A stretch of DNA of 64,000 bases, taken from assembly GCA_016840085.1 (NCBI GenBank), contig JAEOTA010000051.1, forward strand, positions 1 to 64,000. Direction: 5' to 3'. Shown here piece by piece: positions 1-10,188 of the stretch (within the stretch, counting starts at the first letter, position 1; the number at the start of each line of letters is the position of its first letter). Source of the DNA: Promethearchaeota archaeon (GTDB taxonomy: Archaea > Asgardarchaeota > Lokiarchaeia > Sigyniarchaeales > SOKP01). Below the pieces are notes generated by a model. That model was not told the origin of the DNA. It saw only the letters and a program-made list of their open reading frames with translations, and searched no databases. Position numbers and translations under genes: made by a program.

Positions 1-401
1 CCAAACATTTCTCTGGTATCATAATACACAAATCTATTGGTCGGAAGAACACCACTAATAATTCGTTTTATTCCCTTTGAATCCCATTTCTTAAGTTCCT
101 CATCAATATTCTCCACCATAATTCCAACATGATGAATTCCTCCTTCAGGATTCGTCTCCAGAAACTCAGAATAAATTGATTTATCATCTAATGGTTCAAA
201 TAGTTCTATCATAGTGTTACCAAATCTAGCAAATCCTATTTTAACTTTCAAGGGTTCAGTAAGCTCTTTAATATAAGTGTTAACCTCAACAATCGCATCA
301 ACGATATTAATGTTTGGCATCCCATATAGCTCTTTAATTTTTTCTACTACTTTTGAAAAATCTTTATACACTACTCCTATATGATCTAATCCTTTAATCA
401 T
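1..401 (-). CDS. VOC/glyoxalase family protein (methylmalonyl-CoA epimerase-like), runs off the window edge
   Basis: Not in ORF track; manual translation MIKGLDHIGVVYKD...MIELFEP...EGGIHHVGIMVENID shows the VOC metal-ligand pattern; GAGGA SD upstream. Confidence 0.85.
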   Translation of the reverse strand, partial: MIKGLDHIGVVYKDFSKVVEKIKELYGMPNINIVDAIVEVNTYIKELTEPLKVKIGFARFGNTMIELFEPLDDKSIYSEFLETNPEGGIHHVGIMVENIDEELKKWDSKGIKRIISGVLPTNRFVYYDTREMF

Positions 402-516
402 AAGTAATCAATATCCTCAAATTTAAATATTTGTCAAATTATGTATCTCTGAAACTTTTTTGTCTGTATTAAAGATACTCATAGCTTAGTAGGAATAACT
501 TGGAAATATTATAAGG

Positions 517-595
517 TCAGCTCCCTGAAATATCCTTGAAAACTAGTAAACCAATGTGTGAGGTGAGTATTCAACGGAATCGATCAGGGAACTGA
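517..595 (-). other. Predicted RNA stem-loop (12-bp stem, about 55-nt loop)
   Basis: 517-528 tcagctccctga and 584-595 tcagggaactga; fully paired (one G-U) on the minus-strand RNA only. Confidence 0.55.
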
Positions 596-659
596 AAACT
601 AGTTTATTAGTCGGTATCTAGCATCATATATGAATGTTTATTTAGCCGAAATCTGGGTT

Positions 660-944
660 TTATACGTTCGCTAAATACTCGTTCAACACGATGTTTAAAT
701 CCACTTCTGAACTGTTAATCTTTTTGAGCAACTGCCTTAGCCCATATGCATTCAACAATAACTCGATGAGATTCTTATACAACGCCGTAATATTCTCCTT
801 ACCCGCCTCATAATACACCTCATCTTCGCTCACGCTCACGCATAAATCCATAATCTCATATAACCCCTTCAGGGCAGCCTTTATATTCTCAAAATTACTC
901 ACTGCCTTTTCAGTCGATTTTTTCACATAACTTGAGTTAGCCAT
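660..944 (-). CDS. Hypothetical helical protein, 94 aa
   Basis: ORF with strong GAGGTGA SD (954-960) and TATA-like TTTATATA near 983-990. Confidence 0.75.
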   Translation of the reverse strand: MANSSYVKKSTEKAVSNFENIKAALKGLYEIMDLCVSVSEDEVYYEAGKENITALYKNLIELLLNAYGLRQLLKKINSSEVDLNIVLNEYLANV

Positions 945-1505
945 TTTTCTTACTCACCTCAAGTACCATATATGATTTTTTATATATAAAGATGTCGCTT
1001 CTTGATAATCATTACGCAATAAAACATACATCGGCATAATGGGATCAGTCGCCAAATCGCGATTTTAATCATTTACTTTTTGCTGAAATAGTCACCAGAT
1101 GAAAAACTCCTAGGTGATATATTAAAATATAATAATCATGGTAACGGATTTCATGCATAATTCACGAAGATCGATCATTTATGTAGAGATTCGATCAGTA
1201 CTGATCTAAATTGTGGGGAAATTCTCAAAAGAAGGAAATGGCATGAAAGAGGAGTAGGGCGCTTTTCCTCATGGTTTGCGTGTCATAACCCAAAGAAAAA
1301 AATTTACATTAATTTCAATACTATTTTTGTGAGTATTTTCGCGCGGTTTTTTTGAGCTATATTTTATATCATCTGTTTGTTTTTCATTTCTGAAACGGCT
1401 TTTTTTTACCTTTTAGTTAAATTTAAATTTTGAAAAGTAATAATATCTTCAATCCAATTTTAATGAGAATTAATTAAATTTTAAAATATAACTGGAGGTA
1501 GTATT

Positions 1506-1811
1506 ATGCCTAAATTTTTAGTTATACACCCTATGCCAAAAAAGGTAATGGAAGCAAATTTAACAATGCCCCCTGAGGAAAATAAGCTAATTATTGAATT
1601 ACGTTCTCAGTGTTCATCCGATGCATATTGGATTAGATCTTGGAATGTACCAGAATTAGAAAAAGTATTCTGTGAATGGAATGCCAAAGATGCTGAATCC
1701 ATAAGAGATGTACTCGAGAACGCTGAATGGCTGGAGACGGAAGGAATTTATGAAATGACTATAGTAGAGGCGGAAAGTTTTAGGGAAAAAGTACAGGAAT
1801 TAATTGTGTGA
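1506..1811 (+). CDS. DUF4242/SCO4226-like small protein
   Basis: MPKFLVIH...WIRSW...KVFCEWNAKDAESI pattern; GGAGG SD. Confidence 0.65.
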   Translation: MPKFLVIHPMPKKVMEANLTMPPEENKLIIELRSQCSSDAYWIRSWNVPELEKVFCEWNAKDAESIRDVLENAEWLETEGIYEMTIVEAESFREKVQELIV

Positions 1812-1857
1812 TTTTGGTTTTTTAGTCGAAAATTATCACTTGGAAATCTCTTTTAGG

Positions 1858-1884
1858 AGTTTTCTTCATCTAAAAAAGAAAACT
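1858..1884. terminator. Possible hairpin between convergent genes
   Basis: agttttctt-N9-aagaaaact inverted repeat. Confidence 0.3.
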
Positions 1885-2031
1885 GAAGGAGAATATAATT
1901 TGTGTTTTAGCTCACTTTATGCTTAACAACCTCGATCAAAAAAAATATATCAAAGATATAAAAATTATTTTTATAAGTCTCAACAATGAAAAAAAGAGAT
2001 ATAAAAGAAAAAAAAATTTTAAATTTTATGA

Positions 2032-2337
2032 TTAAAGACTTTTCCCGATTACTTTTAGCGCGTCTTTCATAGCGAATACAGGTTCGATTTTCATCGAAAA
2101 TCCTTCGATTTTCCAAAATGGAGTGAATAATTTAGAAATTTCAATCAATGCTTCATCAGCGTTTCCTTTTTCGACCATAATGATGTTGTATCCTTTAACG
2201 CCCCGATCTTCGTCAGGAATCGCAAAAGTTTGCCATTTCTTTATGAAGGCTGGAAATTTGCCCTGAACTTCTTTGAATGCGTTAAACCATTCATTTGATT
2301 TGTGATATGGGATCCATTGGGTAGCCATAAAGATCAT
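2032..2337 (-). CDS. Hypothetical protein, 101 aa
   Basis: ORF with GAGGG SD-like site and globular composition. Confidence 0.7.
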   Translation of the reverse strand: MIFMATQWIPYHKSNEWFNAFKEVQGKFPAFIKKWQTFAIPDEDRGVKGYNIIMVEKGNADEALIEISKLFTPFWKIEGFSMKIEPVFAMKDALKVIGKSL

Positions 2338-2485
2338 TTTTTGTTTTACCCTCTATTATTTTTTAATGGAGATTTAATATTAAAATTTAGGTAATTGATA
2401 TAACCATATGGATATTATTTAAGTTTTTATGAAAAAGTAAAAAAAAAATACAATTGCTCTATTTAAAAAAAAAAAGAAAGTAGAA

Positions 2486-3967
2486 TTAATGATGAATTGG
2501 GCGTCCTTTCTTATGGATTGCTTTACCTACGACAGACTCAGAACCTTCCAACACCATTTCAGATATTGTAGGATGGCTATGGATTGTTTCTGCGACATCA
2601 TGGATGGTTAATCCATGTTGCATTGCTAGAGCAATTTCAGATATTAATTCGGGTGCTTCAGCACCAATACAAGATGCACCAATGATTTTATGTGTGTTTT
2701 TATCGGCAAGCACCATAATAAAACCTTCTTCTTCCCCCATACACTTAGCTTTACCGAGTGATTGATACGGAAATTGACCCATCAAGACATCCATTCCCAT
2801 ATCTTTAGCAACTTTCCTTCTATAGCCTACTGAACCTATATTGGGGGATGTGAAAATTGTTGCTGGAACTACAGTGTAATCAGGTTTCATATCATTAACA
2901 GGAAAGTCTCCAATATTGGCTAAAGCATTTGCAACTGCGATATCACCTTCATAACTGGCTACATGAGCAAGCATAAGTCCTCCTGTGACATCTCCGATTG
3001 CATAAATTCCTTTCACAGAAGTCTCTAATGTGTCTTTATTGACTTTTATAGCACCACGGTCAGTTTCTATGTTAAGATTTTCTAATCCAAGATCTTTTGA
3101 TATTTTTGCTCGTCCAATGGATACTAGACATAAATCAGCTTCATAGATAGATTTTTCAGCAGAATCTGTTTGATCTCGTGGAACGGATGCATCACACGTT
3201 GTAGCTTTTACTCCAGACCCCGTATTTTCTACAGATAACACATTTTGCGAAGTATGTAGTTCAATTCCTAATTCTTCAAACTTTTTCATTAAAACCTTTA
3301 CAATCATAGGTTCTTCTGTAGCAATTGCAGAGGGAAGGTATTCAAGTATCATTACGTTACTACCAAATCTTGTAAAAATATTCGCAAATTCACAGCCAAT
3401 AACACCAGCACCAATGATTAAAAGTCTCTTAGGCACAGTTTTAAAATCAGGATGTAAAATATCATCACTTGTTAAAATACGTTTATGATCAATATTAAAT
3501 GCGGGAATTAGAGCAGGTGAAGAACCTGTTGCGATAATTATCCGTTTTGCTTTAATCACTGCATTATCTTCGCCTTCAACTGAGATCTTAAATCCATTAT
3601 TAATATCTCCCCCAATTATTTTGCCATGACCTTTATACACATCATTTTTCCAAGCCTTCTCTAATTGTTCAATTCCACCAACCAGCTCTTCTACTATTTT
3701 ATTTTTTCTTTCAACAGCTTTCCCAAAATCTAAATTATAATTAGAGATTTCTATTCCAAAATTATTAGCTTCGTTAATTTTTTCAATCAAATGAGCTGAT
3801 GCATATAAAGCTTTTGTAGGGATACACCCCCAGTTAAGGCACGTCCCTCCTAATTTATGTTTTTCTATTAAAGCAACTTTTGCTCCATATTGTGCAGCTC
3901 TTATAGCTGCATGATATCCCCCTGGTCCTGCACCAATAATAGCTAAATCATATTGATTTTCGGTCAT
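2486..3967 (-). CDS. lpdA: Dihydrolipoamide dehydrogenase
   Basis: GAGPGGY FAD motif, GGTCLNWGCIP redox disulfide, GAGVIG NAD motif, HPTISE. Confidence 0.95.
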   Translation of the reverse strand: MTENQYDLAIIGAGPGGYHAAIRAAQYGAKVALIEKHKLGGTCLNWGCIPTKALYASAHLIEKINEANNFGIEISNYNLDFGKAVERKNKIVEELVGGIEQLEKAWKNDVYKGHGKIIGGDINNGFKISVEGEDNAVIKAKRIIIATGSSPALIPAFNIDHKRILTSDDILHPDFKTVPKRLLIIGAGVIGCEFANIFTRFGSNVMILEYLPSAIATEEPMIVKVLMKKFEELGIELHTSQNVLSVENTGSGVKATTCDASVPRDQTDSAEKSIYEADLCLVSIGRAKISKDLGLENLNIETDRGAIKVNKDTLETSVKGIYAIGDVTGGLMLAHVASYEGDIAVANALANIGDFPVNDMKPDYTVVPATIFTSPNIGSVGYRRKVAKDMGMDVLMGQFPYQSLGKAKCMGEEEGFIMVLADKNTHKIIGASCIGAEAPELISEIALAMQHGLTIHDVAETIHSHPTISEMVLEGSESVVGKAIHKKGRPIHH

Positions 3968-4367
3968 TTTATCATCAAAAATAATTAATTAATCTCTTTC
4001 CAATTAAGTCAAGAAATAAAACATTAAACAATAATTTTAGTTATAAATTATTCTATGATAGAAAAATTAATCAAAATATTAAATTGTTTTCAAAAATTAG
4101 TCATCTATATTTTTGAAATCTTACATCATATGATCAAATTATAATTATCTTGACTTAATAAGCCCTCCAGATTAATCAAATAAGGTCCTAGACCTAGAGT
4201 CTTTATAAATAATTTTAACTACTCATTATAAAAATTAAATTAAGGGAAAGTTTGATAGAATAGTCATATTTTTATGGAAAAAAATAATTTAATAAACAAT
4301 TTTTCACAATTTATACCTAGCCTAGTTTTAGATAAATTTACTTAAAATTTATAACAGTAGTTTAAAG

Positions 4368-4799
4368 TTGCCTAAAAAATTAGATGTAATTGACCTTAAG
4401 ATATTAGAGGAATTAAAGAATAATAGTCGAATCTCCTTTAATGAAATAAGCCAAAAAATCGATAAAACTGAAGCTACAGTAAGAAGGCGTGTCAAAAAAC
4501 TTGTTGAAGATGGTATTATCAAACATTTTACCATTGAATATGAGAATAATATACCGCCGCATATTAGTGCTACTATAAAAATCGAGCCTGATTTTAAAGA
4601 TATTAAGCGGATATTGAAAGAGTTAAAGGCAATTGACGAGATCTCAAATATTTGGCGTTTATCTGGAGATTGTGGATTAATTATGAAAGTTGATATTTCA
4701 TCGATTGAAAATTTTAACCCACTGATCGAAGAGAAAATTTCTCAAATCCAAGGAATAAAGATAATTGAAACGTGTTTTATAACTGATATAATCAAATAA
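4368..4799 (+). CDS. Lrp/AsnC family transcriptional regulator
   Basis: LDVIDLKIL...TVRRRVKKLVEDGII HTH plus RAM domain; TTG start. Confidence 0.9.
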   Translation: MPKKLDVIDLKILEELKNNSRISFNEISQKIDKTEATVRRRVKKLVEDGIIKHFTIEYENNIPPHISATIKIEPDFKDIKRILKELKAIDEISNIWRLSGDCGLIMKVDISSIENFNPLIEEKISQIQGIKIIETCFITDIIK

Positions 4800-4860
4800 A
4801 ATTGTTGAAGTTTTATCATAAAATAACTTTTTAACATAATTAGTAATTAGGAGTTCAAAT

Positions 4861-5394
4861 TTGACAGAACAAAAGCGAGCTTTTAAATTGTGCATTTTTG
4901 GTGATGGTGGAGTAGGGAAGACAACTCTAATTAGAAGATTTGTGACAAGAGTATTTGAAAAAGATATTAAAATGACAATTGGTGCCGATTTTAGTGTTAA
5001 GAATGTAGAAATAGACGGTGAAATTGTCACCCTTCGGATATGGGATTTTGCAGGAGAAGAACGCTTTAGAGTTCTCTTACCAAGCTTTGCAAAAGGAGCA
5101 GATGGCGGAATCTTTATGTATGATATAACGAGGTATTCTACTCTTAATAACATGAAAGACTGGCTCTCTATTTTTGAGTATTTCGTTTCAGACGACCAAA
5201 TGAAAATACCAATAATTATAATTGGAGGGAAAGCAGATTTACAGGATAAAAGATCTGTTGAACCTGAAAAAGCCCAAGAATTGTCAATAAATTATAATTT
5301 ACAAGGATTCTATGAATGTTCTTCTAAAACTGGTGATAATGTAGCAATACTTTTTGAATATATAGCGCGAAAAATGTTAGAAAATACAGGTTAA
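4861..5394 (+). CDS. Rab-like small GTPase (eukaryotic signature protein)
   Basis: G1 GDGGVGKT, G2 TIGADF, G3 WDFAGEE, G4 GKAD, G5 CSSK. Confidence 0.92.
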   Translation: MTEQKRAFKLCIFGDGGVGKTTLIRRFVTRVFEKDIKMTIGADFSVKNVEIDGEIVTLRIWDFAGEERFRVLLPSFAKGADGGIFMYDITRYSTLNNMKDWLSIFEYFVSDDQMKIPIIIIGGKADLQDKRSVEPEKAQELSINYNLQGFYECSSKTGDNVAILFEYIARKMLENTG

Positions 5395-5508
5395 TTTTAA
5401 ATTTTCTATTTGTTAGTTTTTAAATTATTTTTGATAATAGTAAATTATTTTTTTTATTTTGTTTAATAATAGATAAATTAATTTAAAACACTATAAGAGG
5501 GTATTTTC

Positions 5509-7452
5509 ATGGAACAAGATAATCGCTTTATTGATGACGAAGGAAAAGCTCTAATGCTTGGAAATGAGGCTATCGTGAGAGGATGTTTAGAAGCAGGCGT
5601 ATCTTATGTATCTCAGTATCCTGGTACACCTACTAGCGATATTGGAGAATATTTTCATCAAATATTAAGAAAAAATCCAGAAATGAAAGAATATTTAACT
5701 CATCAATGGGCTGTAAATGAAGCAGTCGCAACGTCATCCTGTGCTGGAGCCGCATGGACAGGATGTAGAAGTTTTAACCCTATGAAACACGTAGGATTAA
5801 ATGTAGCAAGTGATGCTTTGAGTGTAATTGCGTTAAACGGACCGAATCCAGGTGGAATGGTGGTATCTGTTGGTTCTGATCCTGGATCATTGGGATCTCA
5901 TCAAGAACAAAATGAGCGATTTTATGCATGGATGCTCCACCTTCCTACTATAGAGCCCCATACACCTCAAGAATGCAAAGATTGGATTAAATTAGCATTC
6001 GATCTTTCAGAAAAATATGATTTAGTTATAAATGTGCGAACTACGACTAGAAGTGCGCATTCTAGGGGATTTGTTGCATTAGATTCTTTAGTAAAAGGCA
6101 AAATCAAGGGGGAATTTATTAGAAATATTCCTAAATTTAATTCATTACCACCACATGCGATTAATAATCATATTAGATTATATGAACGTATTGAAAAATT
6201 ACGAGAGATAGCTCCAAACTTAGGATTAAACAAGATAATTCCTGGAGATAATAAAATAGGCATAATAACAAGTGGAATGCCTTTTGGATATACGATGGAA
6301 GCATTGAACCAATTAGAACTAAATAATATCTCAGTTTTAAAGCTTGGAATGGTATATCCATTAAATTATAAACAAATTATTGATTATATGCAAAATCTTG
6401 AAAAAGTAATTGTTATCGAAGAATTAGAACCATTTTTAGAAATGAAAATATCCGAAATTTCGCATAACTTCAAAATAAACGTTGAAATTGTTGGACAAAA
6501 ATACTTCCCCAAATATAACGAATATTCTACGGGATTAGTAGCGGATTGCTTAGCCAAGATATTCAATAAACAACCTAACGAGCAAATGATAAAAGCTATT
6601 GCTTATTTTAATTCATATAAAAACATTATCCCTAGTAGATTTCCAACATTCTGTGCAGGGTGCCCTGAACGAGCTACTCTTTATTCTATTTTAAAGGCAA
6701 CCAATCAATTAGAAAATACTATAATTTGTGGAGATATTGGATGTTATGTAATGTCCTTTTTTCCACCACAGCAATGTTCTGATCTAGTAATATGTATGTC
6801 AGGAGGATTAAGCGCAGCAATTGGTATGTCTACAAAAACAGATCAAAAAGTAGTTGCTATGATTGGTGATTCTACGTTCTTTCATACAGGCATGTCTCCA
6901 TTAACAGAAGCAGTAGGATATAACTCAAACATATTACTCATTATTTTTGAAAACTCTTGGACAGCAATGACAGGTCACCAAAATGATGTTCTTAGATACT
7001 TAATTAACCAAGGAATCTCAATTGAAAGATTGTGTAAAGCAATAGGCGTTTCGTGGATAAGAGTAGAAGATTCATATAAACCAAAAAGACTGATAAATAC
7101 TATTGAAGAAGCTTTAAACAGCAATGGTTTAAAAGTTATAATTATAAAACGAGAATGTGGGTTACAAGCACATAGATGGAGAATGGATCAAGTGCACAGA
7201 CTTAAGGAACAAGACGAAAAAGTGCAAGAAGTAGAATATTTTATTCATGGATGTCAGATGTGTTATGATTGTGCACGAATTTTAAGTTGCCCAGCAATAA
7301 GAAGAACTGAAGTTGATGGATTCGAGTCTATGCAAATTGATCAAGATCGTTGTATTAAATGTGGAGTATGTTATGAAATTTGCCCAAATGGAGCAGTTCA
7401 CAAAACTATTTATAACTCATTAGACACAGAGGTGCCTTTCCGTGAAATTTAA
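5509..7452 (+). CDS. iorA: Indolepyruvate:ferredoxin oxidoreductase alpha subunit
   Basis: LGNEAIVRG, YPGTPTS, MKHVGLNVASD, CAGCP, GDIGCY, GDSTFFH, C-terminal ferredoxin Cys motifs. Confidence 0.92.
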   Translation: MEQDNRFIDDEGKALMLGNEAIVRGCLEAGVSYVSQYPGTPTSDIGEYFHQILRKNPEMKEYLTHQWAVNEAVATSSCAGAAWTGCRSFNPMKHVGLNVASDALSVIALNGPNPGGMVVSVGSDPGSLGSHQEQNERFYAWMLHLPTIEPHTPQECKDWIKLAFDLSEKYDLVINVRTTTRSAHSRGFVALDSLVKGKIKGEFIRNIPKFNSLPPHAINNHIRLYERIEKLREIAPNLGLNKIIPGDNKIGIITSGMPFGYTMEALNQLELNNISVLKLGMVYPLNYKQIIDYMQNLEKVIVIEELEPFLEMKISEISHNFKINVEIVGQKYFPKYNEYSTGLVADCLAKIFNKQPNEQMIKAIAYFNSYKNIIPSRFPTFCAGCPERATLYSILKATNQLENTIICGDIGCYVMSFFPPQQCSDLVICMSGGLSAAIGMSTKTDQKVVAMIGDSTFFHTGMSPLTEAVGYNSNILLIIFENSWTAMTGHQNDVLRYLINQGISIERLCKAIGVSWIRVEDSYKPKRLINTIEEALNSNGLKVIIIKRECGLQAHRWRMDQVHRLKEQDEKVQEVEYFIHGCQMCYDCARILSCPAIRRTEVDGFESMQIDQDRCIKCGVCYEICPNGAVHKTIYNSLDTEVPFREI

Positions 7453-8101
7453 AGAAACTGATATAATAAATATCCTTATTGCCGGTACTGCAGGACAAGG
7501 AGTAATTACATTAAAAAGGTTAATTGAATTCGCTTCACAAAAGTCTAATGTAGAAAGGAACTTCGGTTCTGAAGATCATGGCCTCGCACAGCGAGAGGGA
7601 GCAATCATGAGCCATACACGCTATCAAAAGAAAACCTTTAAAGATGAAAGAAAGAATCTACAGAGTCCTCTTATATGTTATGGAGATGCAGATCTCTATA
7701 TTTGTTTTGAACCAGTAGAAGCGTTAAGACGAGGATTATTTGCCTCGGATAAGACCTCATTTGTTTTAAACTCAAGAACTATTCCAGGAATCATGATTAC
7801 TGCAAATTTAGAAGAATATCCCTCCTTAGATAAAATAAAAGAGATACTTATTGGTTATTCCAACGATGTGTACTTTATTAATGCAACAGAATTGTCTTTG
7901 AGAGCGTTTAACTCGAATTTATATCTTAATCTCATCATGCTTGGTTTTGCCATCCCGACTGGTAAAATACCTTTTATTGAAATTGAACATTACGAAGAAG
8001 TTATAAAAGAATGGCTTAGGGATCCTGATAGAAATATAAGAGCTCTTCACTTGGGGTTAAAAGAGGGTAAAAAAATAATAAATTCACGAAATCGTTCCTA
8101 A
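7442..8101 (+). CDS. iorB: Indolepyruvate:ferredoxin oxidoreductase beta subunit
   Basis: GTAGQG, HGLAQREG, EPVEALR; overlaps iorA end. Confidence 0.88.
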   Translation: MKFKETDIINILIAGTAGQGVITLKRLIEFASQKSNVERNFGSEDHGLAQREGAIMSHTRYQKKTFKDERKNLQSPLICYGDADLYICFEPVEALRRGLFASDKTSFVLNSRTIPGIMITANLEEYPSLDKIKEILIGYSNDVYFINATELSLRAFNSNLYLNLIMLGFAIPTGKIPFIEIEHYEEVIKEWLRDPDRNIRALHLGLKEGKKIINSRNRS

Positions 8102-8527
8102 TCATATACGGTTGTTACAATAACATTCTGTTGAGTCTAATATTTTTTCACCACAGGGGCAATATTTGGGATGCCCATATTTTTCACAGATTTTATTTAT
8201 TGTATTACAAGAAAAAAGTAGATGGAATTTTTCAGACTCATTATGAGCTTTTTCTTTATTTAAGTTTAATTCATTATAAAGTAATAATTCAAGAAGTCGA
8301 GCATGGCGAGTTAATTCAGCAGCAAGATCTTCCCCTTTTTTTGATAAACTAACAGGCTTATACCGTTCATAAATTACGTACTCAATTTCCTCTAATCTTT
8401 TAATACAACTGCCTATTGTAGAGTGAGGAACTCTAAGTAGTTTTGCAACTTCACCAACTTTCAATGGTTTTGAAGAACGATAAATTTCTTTCAAAACTCT
8501 ATAATCTAAATCTAACATTTTACTCAT
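8102..8527 (-). CDS. DtxR/MntR family metal-dependent regulator
   Basis: wHTH plus RHARLLE, ESEKFHL and GHPKYCPCG dimerisation-domain pattern. Confidence 0.85.
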   Translation of the reverse strand: MSKMLDLDYRVLKEIYRSSKPLKVGEVAKLLRVPHSTIGSCIKRLEEIEYVIYERYKPVSLSKKGEDLAAELTRHARLLELLLYNELNLNKEKAHNESEKFHLLFSCNTINKICEKYGHPKYCPCGEKILDSTECYCNNRI

Positions 8528-8548
8528 TTTAACTAATATTTATATTAT

Positions 8549-9313
8549 TCAGTGATTTTGCCCTCCTAATGTAAGAAGTGCAAACATAATTAGAATTCCA
8601 GCAGTCATAAGTAAAAATTGACGTATAGTATACTTTAAACCAAAATGTTGATGAAGATCAGGAGTCAAATCTGATAATGCGATATATATAAAACTTGCTG
8701 CGGAAATTGCTAATAAAAATGGAACTATAAATTGAAATGGTCCTAATAAAAAATAAGCGATTATAGCAGCTGGTATAGTTGTTGAACTTGATATTATGTT
8801 ATAAGTAAATGCCTTCTTTTTAGAATATCCTGAATGAAGTAGGACGCCAAAATCTCCGGTTTCATGCGCTAATTCGTGAACAATAATGGTTATTCCCGCT
8901 ACAATACCAAGATTATAACCCAAAAGGAATGCAGCAGCTATAACAACTCCGTCCGTAAGATTATGCAATGCGTCTCCAAGAAGAATAATAGGACCTGAGG
9001 CATGAGAATGAACTTCACAGGCTTGATCCCGACAATTTCTCCAGATTATTATCTTTTCCATTATAAAGAAAAACAAAATTCCTCCCAAAATATAGGGCAT
9101 TATTAAGTAAGGTTCTTCAACGGCCTCAATAGCTTCAGGAATTAAACCTAAGAAAGCAGCTGCAAGTAAAACTCCTGTTGCAAAGGCTATAAGCATAGGA
9201 ATAAGTGCATCTTGATGTTTTTCACCAAAAAAGACAAAAGCTCCCGCAGCTAATATTGCTCCAAAACTTCCTAAAACGCTAAATAATATAATCCAACCTA
9301 ACATTTTATCCAT
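8549..9313 (-). CDS. ZIP family metal transporter
   Basis: GDALHNLTDG, HELAHETGDF; multiple TM helices. Confidence 0.92.
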   Translation of the reverse strand: MDKMLGWIILFSVLGSFGAILAAGAFVFFGEKHQDALIPMLIAFATGVLLAAAFLGLIPEAIEAVEEPYLIMPYILGGILFFFIMEKIIIWRNCRDQACEVHSHASGPIILLGDALHNLTDGVVIAAAFLLGYNLGIVAGITIIVHELAHETGDFGVLLHSGYSKKKAFTYNIISSSTTIPAAIIAYFLLGPFQFIVPFLLAISAASFIYIALSDLTPDLHQHFGLKYTIRQFLLMTAGILIMFALLTLGGQNH

Positions 9314-9331
9314 TTAATATTTATTGTAAGG

Positions 9332-10102
9332 TTATTCCATTATTGATTTTAATAAAAAGATTAATATCATAGTCATAATTCCAGCAAAAATTAAAATTAA
9401 TTGTCTTATACTGTATTTAAACCCTATTTTTTGATGAAGTTCTGGGGTTAAATCTGATAACGCAATGTAAATAAAACTTGCTGCTGAGATTGCGAGAACA
9501 TAGGGAATTGCAATTAAAATCGTTTCCAAAATAAAATATCCTATTATAGCAGCGGGTATTGTAGTTGATCCTGAAAGAGTATTATACAAAAAAGCTTTCT
9601 TTTTTGAATAATCCTTATCGATAAGTATTGCAAAATCTCCTACTTCTTGAGGAACTTCATGAGCGATAACAGAGAGACTTACAGCTATTCCAATGGTAAA
9701 ATTTATTAAAAATGATGCAGCAATCACAATTCCATCTACAAGATTATGAAATGCATCTCCAATAAGAATAATAGGGGCTGCGGCCTCACCTGTGACGGCA
9801 CATTCAGCATCGTGACAATGACGCCAAATAATTAATTTTTCAAGAATAAAAAAAAACATAATTCCACCTAAAAAGAAAGCCATTACGCTTTGCGTTTTAC
9901 CTCCCGCTTTTGATATTGCTGTAGGGATCATTCCCAGTGCTGCGGCTGCGAGTAGAGTTCCTGTAGCATAAGCAACCAAGCATGAAACTAGTGATTTTTG
10001 CCTATCTTTCTTTAAATTAATAAAACCAATGGCTAAAATAATAGATCCAATACTCCCTAAAAACGCAAAAATAATAATCCAAATGAGAATTTTTTTTTCC
10101 AC
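9332..10102 (-). CDS. ZIP family metal transporter (tandem paralog)
   Basis: GDAFHNLVDG, HEVPQEVGDF; GTG start. Confidence 0.92.
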   Translation of the reverse strand: MEKKILIWIIIFAFLGSIGSIILAIGFINLKKDRQKSLVSCLVAYATGTLLAAAALGMIPTAISKAGGKTQSVMAFFLGGIMFFFILEKLIIWRHCHDAECAVTGEAAAPIILIGDAFHNLVDGIVIAASFLINFTIGIAVSLSVIAHEVPQEVGDFAILIDKDYSKKKAFLYNTLSGSTTIPAAIIGYFILETILIAIPYVLAISAASFIYIALSDLTPELHQKIGFKYSIRQLILIFAGIMTMILIFLLKSIME

Positions 10103-10168
10103 CTTTTTTCTTAATAATTATAAATTTACGATCTGAATTGTTTTTAGTAGGTTTGGATTATTTTTAAA

Positions 10169-10188
10169 ATTTACGATAGTTCGTAAAT
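10169..10188. promoter_or_regulatory. Palindromic operator upstream of the ZIP-ZIP-DtxR operon
   Basis: ATTTACGA-N4-TCGTAAAT, just downstream (minus strand) of TATATATA at 10205-10212. Confidence 0.7.

Noticed and set aside
517-628. Possible C/D box sRNA (ATGATGC...CTGA on the minus strand)
   Set aside because: Box C is imperfect, there is no C'/D' pair and the spacing is atypical
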